IMG/VR virus record: IMGVR_UViG_3300008107_000053
Length of the DNA stretch: 37,497 nt
Direction: 5' to 3' (one strand)
Source: a virus
Lineage: Duplodnaviria; Heunggongvirae; Uroviricota; Caudoviricetes
Position 1 is the stretch's first letter, and every line of letters starts with the position of its first letter. The position numbers and the translations under genes were made by a program. Under the pieces are notes generated by a model. It was not told the DNA's origin and did no database searches. It worked only from the letters and a program-made list of their open reading frames with translations. Below, piece after piece: positions 23,785 through 33,367 of this stretch.

Positions 23785-24246
23785 TCAATCGTTTCTTGTG
23801 TTTCTAACTTGTGGATCTCCAGGATCTAAGTCAAAGGTTGTAGTTGTGGTTTGTCTCATCATTGGCATTGGTCTTGGTGCCACTGCAGGAGTATTTAGCC
23901 CCATTGGTTGTGGACTTTGCATCGGGCTTCCCATTGGAGAACTAGGCATAGCACCTCCACCAACAGCTGCGCCAGCCATCTTTTCTTGTCCGCGAGACCA
24001 TGCGGCAATACCTAGAACTGCACCCATTGCCAAGTGGAATAATCCAGCACCTTGTAGTGTTAGTGGATTCCATTGGCTATTTACTTGACCAGAACTTAAT
24101 GCTTGTAGTAAACTCCATAAAACTGGGAATACTGCCATGTCTAAGATACAGATTACCATGTATGTCCAACCCATAGCTGGACGCCACTTTTTAACCATCC
24201 AATCTTCTTGGGCGATTTTTAGTTCTTCTTGTTTGTTATTTTCCAT
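23785..24246 (-). CDS. 3TM holin-like protein (GTA-holin family)
   Basis: WRPAMGW...MAVFP...LFHLAMGAVLG...RGQEK. Confidence 0.75.
   Translation of the reverse strand: MENNKQEELKIAQEDWMVKKWRPAMGWTYMVICILDMAVFPVLWSLLQALSSGQVNSQWNPLTLQGAGLFHLAMGAVLGIAAWSRGQEKMAGAAVGGGAMPSSPMGSPMQSPQPMGLNTPAVAPRPMPMMRQTTTTTFDLDPGDPQVRNTRND
23892..23898 (-). promoter_or_regulatory. putative late promoter (CTAAATA)
   Basis: About 110 nt upstream of the gp16 start on the minus strand. Confidence 0.35.
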
Positions 24247-24256
24247 TTTGTTTACC

Positions 24257-24994
24257 TTACCCGAAAAAGTCTTTTAATGAGCCCAAATTAGTATTTACAA
24301 AATTACCAAGACCTTGCAAATCTACTAATTGTTGGGAAATAAAGTCACCTGGATTCATAAATGTGTCCATATTAAATGGTATCTCCAACTCTGTTGTTAG
24401 TTGTGTGAATGGATCTGCTACACCTTGTAACGGACCTTCTTTTGTTAAATTTGCAGATGATACCAATTGAGACTGCCAATACTTGTAGTTCATAGAAACT
24501 TGAAGTTGCATAACTTCTTTTTGATCATACCCAATAGTTATTGGTGAGATTGTTTTTGGATATGCTTCAAATAACTTAACAATATACGTGGTGGTTTCAC
24601 TAACGTCTTGAATACGTATTTCAATATCTGTAGTGTACTGATCATAATATTCAAATGTTCTGGTAGTTGGATTTTGAATACCATCAACCCATGTATCAAA
24701 GAATTTCTTTATGTACATATCTCTGTCTACATAAAAAGAAAGGGATACGTTATCATATAGCTTATCGTATGGCATTTCTCTAGTTTCACCAAATGTTCTA
24801 GATTGAAATGTAGAAATGTTAATTCCAGGTAGCTGCGCTGAGTTACAATATAGCAGCAGTTTGCGCACCTGGTTGCTAGAGTTTAATGTAGTTCCAAAGA
24901 ATATATTAGGTGGTGTGAAATTTATGGAGTAATGGCTTGTCTTTGCCAGAGCTCCAGTTTTAACTTCTGATATAAATGATGATAGTGTTGTCAT
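24257..24994 (-). CDS. tail tube-like baseplate-tube initiator (gp54/gp19-fold)
   Basis: CNSAQLPG, REMPY, FFDTWVD, LFEAYPKTI, VSMNYKYW. Confidence 0.8.
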   Translation of the reverse strand: MTTLSSFISEVKTGALAKTSHYSINFTPPNIFFGTTLNSSNQVRKLLLYCNSAQLPGINISTFQSRTFGETREMPYDKLYDNVSLSFYVDRDMYIKKFFDTWVDGIQNPTTRTFEYYDQYTTDIEIRIQDVSETTTYIVKLFEAYPKTISPITIGYDQKEVMQLQVSMNYKYWQSQLVSSANLTKEGPLQGVADPFTQLTTELEIPFNMDTFMNPGDFISQQLVDLQGLGNFVNTNLGSLKDFFG

Positions 24995-25587
24995 ATTTTC
25001 CTACGTGAGTCTAACCATACTTGATCTTTTCCTGCCTTGACAAATCTCTCAACAGGCATCATCATAGCAGTTCCCCAATCATTTGCTTCGACTCGAACAA
25101 ACGGAGATTGAACATGAGAATACAGATATTGCTTCACGCACGGTTTTGCTAAACCAAACTTTGCTATACCATCAATTAGCTGCCAAGAATAACGAAGTTT
25201 TGTTGTTTGATCCATCTTATCGTTGTTTCTAAACACCAATAAATTGTCCATTAGCTTTACTCTAAGCTGATATGGAAGGTAATGCATATTCAATCCAATA
25301 AACCCATCTTTGTTGGCTTTCCATGGGAATACCATTGGAAACCTATCATAGTATGGTAACGTGTCTTTTGTTTTAGGATCGTAGTAATATAAATATAAGT
25401 TACCTGGCAGCACCTTTGTACCAAGGGAGCTTAAATTGTTTTGTAGAATTTTATTTGGAGTTATGCGTTTTCCAGCCATAAGTGCAACTTGCTGGTTGAA
25501 CCATGCAGAAGACTTACGGCGCATATTGTCCATGTCGTAATGGTGTTTTACGAACAGATCTTGTAGTGGTTTATTAGTGCTTGCCAT
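24991..25587 (-). CDS. gp2: DNA end protector protein
   Basis: YYYDPKTKDTLPYYDRFPMVF, FIGLNMHYLP, PCVKQYL, MPVERF. Confidence 0.92.
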   Translation of the reverse strand: MASTNKPLQDLFVKHHYDMDNMRRKSSAWFNQQVALMAGKRITPNKILQNNLSSLGTKVLPGNLYLYYYDPKTKDTLPYYDRFPMVFPWKANKDGFIGLNMHYLPYQLRVKLMDNLLVFRNNDKMDQTTKLRYSWQLIDGIAKFGLAKPCVKQYLYSHVQSPFVRVEANDWGTAMMMPVERFVKAGKDQVWLDSRRKI

Positions 25588-25591
25588 TGTT

Positions 25592-25598
25592 TATTTAT
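25592..25598 (-). promoter_or_regulatory. putative late promoter (ATAAATA)
   Basis: 4 nt upstream of the gp2 ATG. Confidence 0.55.
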
Positions 25599-26029
25599 TT
25601 GATACCTAAGTGGTGTTCTGTTAGGATTGTAAACCCATATCCTCGGTCTTTAGCCCAGTTTTTAGCAGCTTCCCATTTAGCTTGGTTCTTTATATACGTA
25701 GCACTTTCCATTAGATATCTTTTGGTCTTTTTACCTGGAACTGGAGGGCGAGTCTGAGCATCTGGCTTGATCTCTATCAAATAGGTTTTTAACACACCGT
25801 TTTTGTCTTTTATTTGAATTTGAAAGTCTACGAAATAACGATGTATTTTGTTATCTAAAGGACATCTGTATGGAACGATGGTTTCCTCAGATTTCCACTT
25901 TATTACACTAGGATTATGGTCGCACCATGAGGCGAACTTAGTCTCCCAAGACGAACGCATAATTATGTTCGTTGGGTCGCCGCTATACTTTTGTGCATTT
26001 ACAGGGATGTATCTTCTCTTGTGGAACAT
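25595..26029 (-). CDS. gp4: head completion nuclease
   Basis: KYSGDPTNIIMRSSWE, WKSEE, HRYFVDF, EIKP, NQAKWEAA, LTE; start moved to MFHKR. Confidence 0.92.
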   Translation of the reverse strand: MFHKRRYIPVNAQKYSGDPTNIIMRSSWETKFASWCDHNPSVIKWKSEETIVPYRCPLDNKIHRYFVDFQIQIKDKNGVLKTYLIEIKPDAQTRPPVPGKKTKRYLMESATYIKNQAKWEAAKNWAKDRGYGFTILTEHHLGIK

Positions 26030-26066
26030 AAATAATAGTGATTGCAATTTACCAATAACTATTTAG
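26028..26066. promoter_or_regulatory. face-to-face late promoter pair: ATAAATA (+, 26028-26034) and CTAAATA (-, 26060-26066)
   Basis: Both motifs lie in the 44-nt divergence between gp4 and gp48. Confidence 0.6.
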
Positions 26067-26073
26067 GGTTAAA

Positions 26074-27249
26074 ATGGATTTATTCTCCAATGCATTTGAA
26101 TCATTATCGCTAGACCAATTCGGCTCACTAGGTGATCTTTCATCCACTTCAATGATTGGTGGAACTGCTGCAGGTTCTAATCCCAATCAACAAGAAGGCA
26201 GATTTTCAAGTCCTGTAGATAAAAAGTACAGTATTGATCAACTAACGTATCCTGAAGACTTGTTTTCATCTCGACAAATTTATGGTGGCAACTACGTTGT
26301 ATTCTATGTAAACGTTCCTGAAGACTCGAAACTACTTAAAGATGAAAAACAAGAAACTGTAGATATTGGCGACTCTGAGCGTTTTCGAGCTAGAATAAAT
26401 CAAGAAGGCTATGGTACTGCTGCTGCGCTGGGTGGGGGTTTTGCTGTCGGTGCATTGGGTGGTACTATTTTAAGTAATTTGGGTGGTAGTGGCAGCTCTT
26501 CTTCCACTTTGAAAGATGCTTTAATTGCTGGTGGTATAGGTTCCGCTGCAGCTGGAGTTGTTTCTGGTCAAGTCGGTGGTAAGATGAGTCGCCAGCAAAA
26601 ACGTTTAAAGACTGCTATCGCCTTGCACGTACCAAACCAGTTAACGGCTAACTACAGTATGCAATGGGACGCTGAAGATACTGGATTATTTCAGGTTGGT
26701 GCTAAATTGGGTGAAGCTGGAGCCAAAGCTGTGGCAGAAATGTCTGTCAAACAACCCGCTAAAGATGCTGGTGGTGTAGTTGGAAGTGCACTAACAGGTG
26801 CTGCGCTTTCTTTACCTGGAGTTGGTGGCGCACTTTCTGCCATGTCTGGATTGGCATACAACCCAAAGAAAGAACAACTGTTTAAGGGTGTTGATTTTAG
26901 AACATTTACATTCGATTACCAATTTGCTCCACGTTCGTCAACCGAAGCTGCAAATATTATGCGAATTGTTGAGATGTTTAAGTTACACATGCATCCAGAA
27001 TTTAAAGACCAGGATAGCTTTATTTACATCTACCCGTCTGAGTTTGATATTCACTACTACCATTTGATGAATGAAAATAAAGCTATATTCAAGCATACGT
27101 CTTGCGTATTGACTAACCTTTCTGTTAACTATACCCCAAATGCTAATTTTGCTACATTTGCAGACGGTTCTCCTACTCAGATAAACATTCAAATGACCTT
27201 CAAGGAACTAGCTATCTTGACTAAGAGTGAAATCGCTAAGGGATATTAA
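26074..27249 (+). CDS. gp48: baseplate tail-tube cap
   Basis: IALHVP, NPKKEQLFKGVDFRTFTFDYQFAPRS, YPSEFDI, CVLTNLSVNYTP, FKEL. Confidence 0.9.
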   Translation: MDLFSNAFESLSLDQFGSLGDLSSTSMIGGTAAGSNPNQQEGRFSSPVDKKYSIDQLTYPEDLFSSRQIYGGNYVVFYVNVPEDSKLLKDEKQETVDIGDSERFRARINQEGYGTAAALGGGFAVGALGGTILSNLGGSGSSSSTLKDALIAGGIGSAAAGVVSGQVGGKMSRQQKRLKTAIALHVPNQLTANYSMQWDAEDTGLFQVGAKLGEAGAKAVAEMSVKQPAKDAGGVVGSALTGAALSLPGVGGALSAMSGLAYNPKKEQLFKGVDFRTFTFDYQFAPRSSTEAANIMRIVEMFKLHMHPEFKDQDSFIYIYPSEFDIHYYHLMNENKAIFKHTSCVLTNLSVNYTPNANFATFADGSPTQINIQMTFKELAILTKSEIAKGY

Positions 27250-27252
27250 TAT

Positions 27253-28035
27253 ATGTACTTCGAAGAATTTAATAAGATACCATACGATTTTCCAGCTAAA
27301 GTAGATGGAAGTAATGAGTTTATCTTTGTTAAAGACATAACAAAGAATGTTCGTTTTAGAAAAGACTTTTTACAGTCGCTATTGTTGTATGAAGACTATC
27401 GTATAATTGATGGAGAAACTCCAGAAATTATATCAGAAAAGCTATATGGAACTCCATACTACCATTGGGTTCTAATGCTTGCTAACTCTAAGTTTGATTA
27501 TATACAAGACTTTCCACTTTCTGTTAACAAGTTAGATATAATGATAGAATCTAAGTATGGTGATAGAAAGCATGACATAAGTTACTTCACTAACACCCAA
27601 AGAAATAGAATACAAGGTAATCAGTTTATACTTGCTGAAAATGTTTATTTGGAAGAAGAAGGGCAGTACTTGATCAATAAGATTAAAATTGGTACTGTCA
27701 TTAAAAAACAAACTAAAAATGGAATTTATACTGGCTATGTTAAAGAATTAGACGCAGAAAACTTAAGATTAGATGTTCTTTTGTCTACCAGTGGGTTTAA
27801 AACTGGTGAGTTAGTTCAAGCATATAATTATGTTGAAGATGCTGCAGGTGCTACTGTAGAAGAATATCTTGGAGAGTTTCGAGCAGAAGATGTACAATAT
27901 CCATTGGATGTTTTATCTGTAACTAACTACGAGTATGAGATTTTACAAAATGAAAAGAAACGCATCTTAAAAGTTATACCAAAGATATACTTAGATCAGA
28001 TAATTAGCGAATATTCAGACATGATGCAAATTTAA
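27253..28035 (+). CDS. gp53: baseplate wedge subunit
   Basis: MYFEEF, GETPEIISEKLYG..YHWVLMLAN, NYEYE..NEKKR. Confidence 0.9.
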   Translation: MYFEEFNKIPYDFPAKVDGSNEFIFVKDITKNVRFRKDFLQSLLLYEDYRIIDGETPEIISEKLYGTPYYHWVLMLANSKFDYIQDFPLSVNKLDIMIESKYGDRKHDISYFTNTQRNRIQGNQFILAENVYLEEEGQYLINKIKIGTVIKKQTKNGIYTGYVKELDAENLRLDVLLSTSGFKTGELVQAYNYVEDAAGATVEEYLGEFRAEDVQYPLDVLSVTNYEYEILQNEKKRILKVIPKIYLDQIISEYSDMMQI

Positions 28036-28036
28036 T

Positions 28037-29338
28037 ATGGCAGAAAATACACAAACATTAAGTTTTGCAGGTGATGTTACAGTTCAAAAATGTTCTGTTA
28101 TATCATCTGCTGGAGTAGAGTTCTCTGTTAAAGGACAACTGATAGGTCTACAGATTTTCGAAGATTTATATTCTCCATTTATTAGTGGTACTGTAATTTT
28201 CAGAGATTCCTTAGACTTTGTTAATGCTTTACCATTCGTCGGACAAGAAACTCTCAGCCTTATTGTATATACTCCATCATTAGAACGCAATGGTGGAAAA
28301 ATAGAAGGGCAATTTTATATTCATAAAATGAAGGATCGTGAATATGATGGTGACCGAAGTGTTGTATATGAAATGTCTTTTATATCCAAAGAATTCTTAA
28401 ATGATGTAAACGTTAAAATGAGCCGTGGATATCAGGGAAAGGTTTCTGAGATTGCACGAGAGGTATTGACGGATAAATCTGCAGCATTCGATACTGTTAA
28501 GAAATTAAACATTGAAGAGAGTAAAAATAGTATAAAGTATGTTTCTAATTATTGGTCACCTGTACGAAATATGAATTATCTTGCAGATAGAGCATTGAAT
28601 AAAACAGGATCTCCTTCTTATGTATTTTTTGAGAATCGCGATGGCTTTAACTTTGGTTCATTAGACTTATTGATGTCAAGTGATAATAAACCCGTTCAGA
28701 AATTTAATTATTCAAATTCAACTCGTAATATCTCTAATTCTGGTTCAGCCAATAGAGACTTCAATCATGATTATAAAAAGATATCTACATTTTCAGTCAC
28801 TGATGGCTTTAATACCATGGAACGTTTACGTAATGGTATGATTGCTTCTAGATTGCATTCGTATGATTTAACGAGTAAACAAATAGACATCAGAAACTTT
28901 GATATATTCAACAACTTCAAAGAAAAGAAACACTTGAACGCATTTCCAACTGTTTCTACTAACCTGCCTGCATACTATACATCAAAGATGTTGCTTGTTC
29001 CAAAAAGCACTATGCAATTTACAGGGTTTGATGACGTATCCAATATAAAGTTTTTACAAAGAAGAATATCTGAATTAAATCAAGCGAATGACTTCAAGCT
29101 AACTATAACAGTTCCTGGTCGACTGGATTATACTGTTGGTCAAACTGTAGTTATTCAATCTTTTCAAGTAGAGCCTATTAAAGACAGAGATACGTTATCA
29201 GAAATATCAGATAAGATTTTCTCTGGGCGTTATCTGGTCTCGGCAATCAATCACTTTATCACACAAAAGTCTCATGAATGCACAATTGAGCTTATAAAGG
29301 ATTCATATATTAAAGACGTTTTTAAGGGTGGTAACTAA
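28037..29338 (+). CDS. baseplate hub protein (gp27-like)
   Basis: IFEDLYSPFISG, FFENRDGFNF, VPGRLDYTVG, SGRYLVSAINH; lies between gp53 and gp5. Confidence 0.75.
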   Translation: MAENTQTLSFAGDVTVQKCSVISSAGVEFSVKGQLIGLQIFEDLYSPFISGTVIFRDSLDFVNALPFVGQETLSLIVYTPSLERNGGKIEGQFYIHKMKDREYDGDRSVVYEMSFISKEFLNDVNVKMSRGYQGKVSEIAREVLTDKSAAFDTVKKLNIEESKNSIKYVSNYWSPVRNMNYLADRALNKTGSPSYVFFENRDGFNFGSLDLLMSSDNKPVQKFNYSNSTRNISNSGSANRDFNHDYKKISTFSVTDGFNTMERLRNGMIASRLHSYDLTSKQIDIRNFDIFNNFKEKKHLNAFPTVSTNLPAYYTSKMLLVPKSTMQFTGFDDVSNIKFLQRRISELNQANDFKLTITVPGRLDYTVGQTVVIQSFQVEPIKDRDTLSEISDKIFSGRYLVSAINHFITQKSHECTIELIKDSYIKDVFKGGN

Positions 29339-32300
29339 TGTTATATACTGGTGTTGTTGAAAATAGAAATGATCCACTGAAACTTGGTCGTTGCCAAGTT
29401 AGAGTATTAGGTCTTCACACAGATGATAAAAGTATTCTTCCAACGGAAGATTTACCATGGGCGCACCCGTTACAACCTATCACTTCTGCTGCCATGAATG
29501 GTATTGGGCAATCTCCACTAGGAGTTGTTCCTGGTACTTGGGTTGTGGTTATGTTTAGTGATGGAGAAGATCAGCAACAGCCTATCATCTTAGGTTCTCT
29601 TGGCGGAATTTACTTAACTAAAAATGCTACAATTGACGGTGGTGGTGGTGATATTGTTGTAGATGAAACACCAAGTAATGCAGTTAAAGATAGTTCTGGT
29701 AATGTAGTGACTGATGGTAGCGGTAAACCTATCACAACAACACCTAATCCTGAACCACCAACTCCATCCAACCAACCAAAACAAGAGCCAGTAACTGCCC
29801 AAAACGTAAATAGTAATGATTCTATTCCTACAAAGCCACCTGCAAATTCAGTGGCAAAAGGTTCTGAAGGTAAAGCAGAACAAGGTATCAAAGCACTAAT
29901 CGCAGCATGTGATAAAGTAGGTTTATCTACGAGATATGCCAAAGCTGCATTGCTGGGTATTGCTGGTGGAGAATCTACTTGGATTCCTCAAAAGGAAATG
30001 TACAACTATTCTCCAGATAGATTACGTCAGATCTTCAAAAGCGTTACTGATGCTGATGTTGAAAAATATAGCTACGCTCAACGTAAAGGTATGACCAGAG
30101 AAGAATTCTTTAAGTTTTTCTATGGACCAACCTTTAGAGGTAAGGGATTCCTTGGTAATTTAACTGATGAAGACGGTGGTAAGTTTTACGGTCGAGGTTT
30201 TATTCAGTTGACTGGTCGTGGAAACTATGAGCAATACAAAAAGCTAACTGGTATTGATATTGTTGGTAATCCAGATTTACTTGATACTGATTTAACAGGC
30301 AGTGCTATAATTGCAGCTACCTATCTAACCCGTAGAGTAAACTCTTGGCAGAAATTGATGTACGAAGAAGGATTCTATGGCGCTGCTAAGTCTGCTGTTG
30401 GATTTAACTCACCAGACATTGCAGCCAAGAAAAAGGCATACTACGAATACTTCATGAATGGATTGAAGTCTGTAGACACGACAAATAAAGAGGCATCAGC
30501 TGGGGATGAACCACCATCTCAACAAGCCATCGAAGCGGCACCACCAGAAAAGCGTGCTGCACTTAAAGAAGATAGATCTCAAAATAAGGTTAAAGGATTT
30601 ACTGATCCTGATGGAAAGTATCCACTTAGAGACTATGCCAATGAAGCAGATACCAATAGACTATCACGTGGTGTTTTAGAAGGCACATGCTTTGAGTTTA
30701 AAGACCAAACTTTGATTAAGGACGTGCCATTAGCCAATGGCGGGACTTGGTCACAACCACAATCAGCTTACTCAGCAGTTTATCCATACAATAAAGTTAT
30801 GGAAACTGAGTCTGGTCATATCATGGAGTTTGATGACAGCCCTGCAGCTGAGCGCATTCATATGTACCATAGAAAGGGTACGTTCTTTGAGATTGATCCA
30901 AATGGTTCTCGTGTCACTCACATAGTAGGTGATGATTACCATATATGCGATCGTAACGGAAATATCTACTTTGGTGGTAACGTCAACATAACTGCTGGAA
31001 CTGGTGCTAAGATATTGGTTCGTGGTGATGCTGAGATACAAGTAGAAGGTAAGACAAATGCAGTATTTCAAAATGACGTAACTATTGGTGCTGCCAACGA
31101 TGTTAAAATTGCAGTGGCAAATGACTTGCAAATTAAAGTTGGCGGAGAATTTACATTAGATGTTGGAAAGAATGCATCTATTTTAACTGCCGCAGATCTA
31201 ACATTACAGACTGAAGGTGACACGAACATAGTTACTACTGGTGATAACTTATTTGCTTCTGAAGGAGACACTAATATTGCCGCATCTGGAGACGCTATTG
31301 TGTTTGCTGATGGAGATACTGGAATTGGTGCTTCTGGTGACATAACTATCAAAGCTGGTGGAGATGCTGGATTAGGTGGTGGTGGCAGCGTTGATGTTTC
31401 AGCTGGCGGTGTTGTTAGTATTGACGGTTCGTTAGTTGATCTAGGTAATGGAGCATCAGTTGGAGATGTCGAGAAAGCAGAATCACCAGAAGCAATTGAA
31501 GCATTAGAGTTGACTCCACCTGAAAAGGCAGAACCAGGTGGTAGTGCCATGGAAAACTTGGAACCGCCTGCGCGAGTTGGACAACCTTCTACAAAGTTTG
31601 AAACACCAGATGAATGGAACAGTGAAGAAGGTAAAGCGCAATCAGGTGATATCAGTTCAAATCCGCAAGCTGCAAACCCAGCAAATGCTCCATCTTCTAG
31701 CGCTAATGAAGAGTTGGCTCAACCAGCGCCAGGCAATAATGTACAGGGTACAGATGTTAATCGAGAAACTTATAAGAATGCTGACCCTAAAGCGTTCACT
31801 AGAGATTATAAACTGTCTAAGAACTTTACAATTGGTCACTTGATGAGTGCTCAAACTATCTTGCGTGATGCTGAATTGCCACCAGGTAAAGGTGACTCTT
31901 TCTCTGGTTATAAGCTGTTTACTCAAGCGGATCTTGTTGCGAACATGGCTGACTTGGCACAGAACATCTGTGAACCTATCTGGGATATTCTTGGACCACC
32001 AGCTGGTGTGCATAGAGTTTCTAGTAAAACTGGTCGTTGGGTTATCACATCAGGTTTGCGTAATGCAGGAAACGTTAAACAATCTGGCGATACTTCGGAT
32101 CATAACAAAGGTCGTGCGTTGGACTTCCAACTTTGGCCAGGTGGTCGTTACCTAGAAACATTGGATCTGGCAGCTCAGTTAGAAAAGATCTTGCCTTATC
32201 ATCAAATGATTCTAGAATACAGAGACCCATCCGCATCTAAGGGTGCATGGCAAAACTGGATTCACATTGCTTACAAGCAAGGCGGATTGAAACAGGCATT

Positions 32301-32385
32301 TACGATGTACAACGATAAGACTGTAAATGCGCAAGGAACACCTACTCCTGGAGCACGTGGATTCTTCTTATTTGGTCCTAAGTAA
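29338..32385 (+). CDS. gp5: central spike: OB-fold, GH19-like hydrolase, 8-residue beta-helix, C-terminal peptidase M15-like domain
   Basis: GVVENRNDPLKLGRCQVR; YGRGFIQLTGRGNY; YPYNKVMETESGH; xxGDxxIx repeats; LSKNFT...SGLR...SDHNKGRALD...WIHIAY. Confidence 0.92.
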   Translation: MLYTGVVENRNDPLKLGRCQVRVLGLHTDDKSILPTEDLPWAHPLQPITSAAMNGIGQSPLGVVPGTWVVVMFSDGEDQQQPIILGSLGGIYLTKNATIDGGGGDIVVDETPSNAVKDSSGNVVTDGSGKPITTTPNPEPPTPSNQPKQEPVTAQNVNSNDSIPTKPPANSVAKGSEGKAEQGIKALIAACDKVGLSTRYAKAALLGIAGGESTWIPQKEMYNYSPDRLRQIFKSVTDADVEKYSYAQRKGMTREEFFKFFYGPTFRGKGFLGNLTDEDGGKFYGRGFIQLTGRGNYEQYKKLTGIDIVGNPDLLDTDLTGSAIIAATYLTRRVNSWQKLMYEEGFYGAAKSAVGFNSPDIAAKKKAYYEYFMNGLKSVDTTNKEASAGDEPPSQQAIEAAPPEKRAALKEDRSQNKVKGFTDPDGKYPLRDYANEADTNRLSRGVLEGTCFEFKDQTLIKDVPLANGGTWSQPQSAYSAVYPYNKVMETESGHIMEFDDSPAAERIHMYHRKGTFFEIDPNGSRVTHIVGDDYHICDRNGNIYFGGNVNITAGTGAKILVRGDAEIQVEGKTNAVFQNDVTIGAANDVKIAVANDLQIKVGGEFTLDVGKNASILTAADLTLQTEGDTNIVTTGDNLFASEGDTNIAASGDAIVFADGDTGIGASGDITIKAGGDAGLGGGGSVDVSAGGVVSIDGSLVDLGNGASVGDVEKAESPEAIEALELTPPEKAEPGGSAMENLEPPARVGQPSTKFETPDEWNSEEGKAQSGDISSNPQAANPANAPSSSANEELAQPAPGNNVQGTDVNRETYKNADPKAFTRDYKLSKNFTIGHLMSAQTILRDAELPPGKGDSFSGYKLFTQADLVANMADLAQNICEPIWDILGPPAGVHRVSSKTGRWVITSGLRNAGNVKQSGDTSDHNKGRALDFQLWPGGRYLETLDLAAQLEKILPYHQMILEYRDPSASKGAWQNWIHIAYKQGGLKQAFTMYNDKTVNAQGTPTPGARGFFLFGPK

Positions 32386-33053
32386 TGACTGAACTTGTAT
32401 TTAATTCTAGCGTTGATATTTCTGATGGCGATGATATCGAATTACAAGTCCCTGACGTATCTAGTGGTGGACAAGTCAAAGTAACATACTCAGAACATGT
32501 TGGATTTCCAAGTGGAATTCCAGGAGATAGATATCTGACATTTTCTGAAGATGGTCTTTCATTGCCAGCTAATCTGATACCATCTGTATATCAGGGAACT
32601 ACATTTTCTATTAAGATAACATTTAGTGTTTTAGATGAGTTACTATCAACAGAAGAAGTTCCTGTATACATTTCTCCTACCTTAGTCACATGCACCACAA
32701 ATACACAAGCCTTTGGTATTATTGCTCAAAGCAGTTCAGTTAGTTCTATGGTTTTGTCTGGAACTGCAGTTCGTTTATTTGAAGATGAATTTTATACATA
32801 CTTAACTAGACCTAATGAAACTGTAACTTTATCTGCGATAAATAATACTGAAGTTGCAGAATTCTACTCAGTTGTTAACTATCAAGAACCTGCTTCAAAA
32901 GAAACATCTAGAACTTACAGTTTTAACGTTAATTATACAGATTCTTCTGGTATTCCAAAAACTGCAACTAAAAATATACAACAGTACTTCTACTGGAACT
33001 ACGCAATTTCAATGGCTAATTTCTCAGTCGAAGTAGATAAAGGGGTTAAATAA
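32385..33053 (+). CDS. hypothetical baseplate-associated protein
   Basis: TAATG-coupled to both gp5 and the PAAR gene. Confidence 0.75.
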   Translation: MTELVFNSSVDISDGDDIELQVPDVSSGGQVKVTYSEHVGFPSGIPGDRYLTFSEDGLSLPANLIPSVYQGTTFSIKITFSVLDELLSTEEVPVYISPTLVTCTTNTQAFGIIAQSSSVSSMVLSGTAVRLFEDEFYTYLTRPNETVTLSAINNTEVAEFYSVVNYQEPASKETSRTYSFNVNYTDSSGIPKTATKNIQQYFYWNYAISMANFSVEVDKGVK

Positions 33054-33367
33054 TGCCAGCAGTAGCAAGATCTAGTGGTAGTGATAAAGTTATGTCTCCA
33101 GACGGTACTGGTAAAAAATGTAGATTTCCTGTTAAAACATCAACAGGTGCACCAGGACAAAGTAAAGTTCGTGTGCAAGGCATATTTGTTGTAGTTAATG
33201 GAGATACTGTAGCACCACATTTGAAATCAGGATGTAGCCCTGATACATCTACTTTGGGTGGTGGCTCTTCTAAAGTTCATGCTAATGGAAGACCAGTAGC
33301 TAGAATTGGCGATAGTTATGGTGATAATATAATAACCTCAGGCAGCACTAAAGTAATGGCAGCATAA
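33053..33367 (+). CDS. PAAR-like spike tip (gp5.4-like)
   Basis: MPAVAR, GSSKVHANGRPVARIGD, GSTKV; Cys/His residues suitable as metal ligands. Confidence 0.9.
   Translation: MPAVARSSGSDKVMSPDGTGKKCRFPVKTSTGAPGQSKVRVQGIFVVVNGDTVAPHLKSGCSPDTSTLGGGSSKVHANGRPVARIGDSYGDNIITSGSTKVMAA

Noticed and set aside
25595-26029. TnsA-like transposase / mobile element
   Set aside because: Motifs and position next to gp2 match the T4 gp4 head completion nuclease; no terminal repeats or other Tns genes.
31068-31550. Antisense ORFs over gp5 (also 29610-29942 and 30772-31131)
   Set aside because: Low-complexity mirror of the Gly/Asp/Thr repeats; no independent signals.
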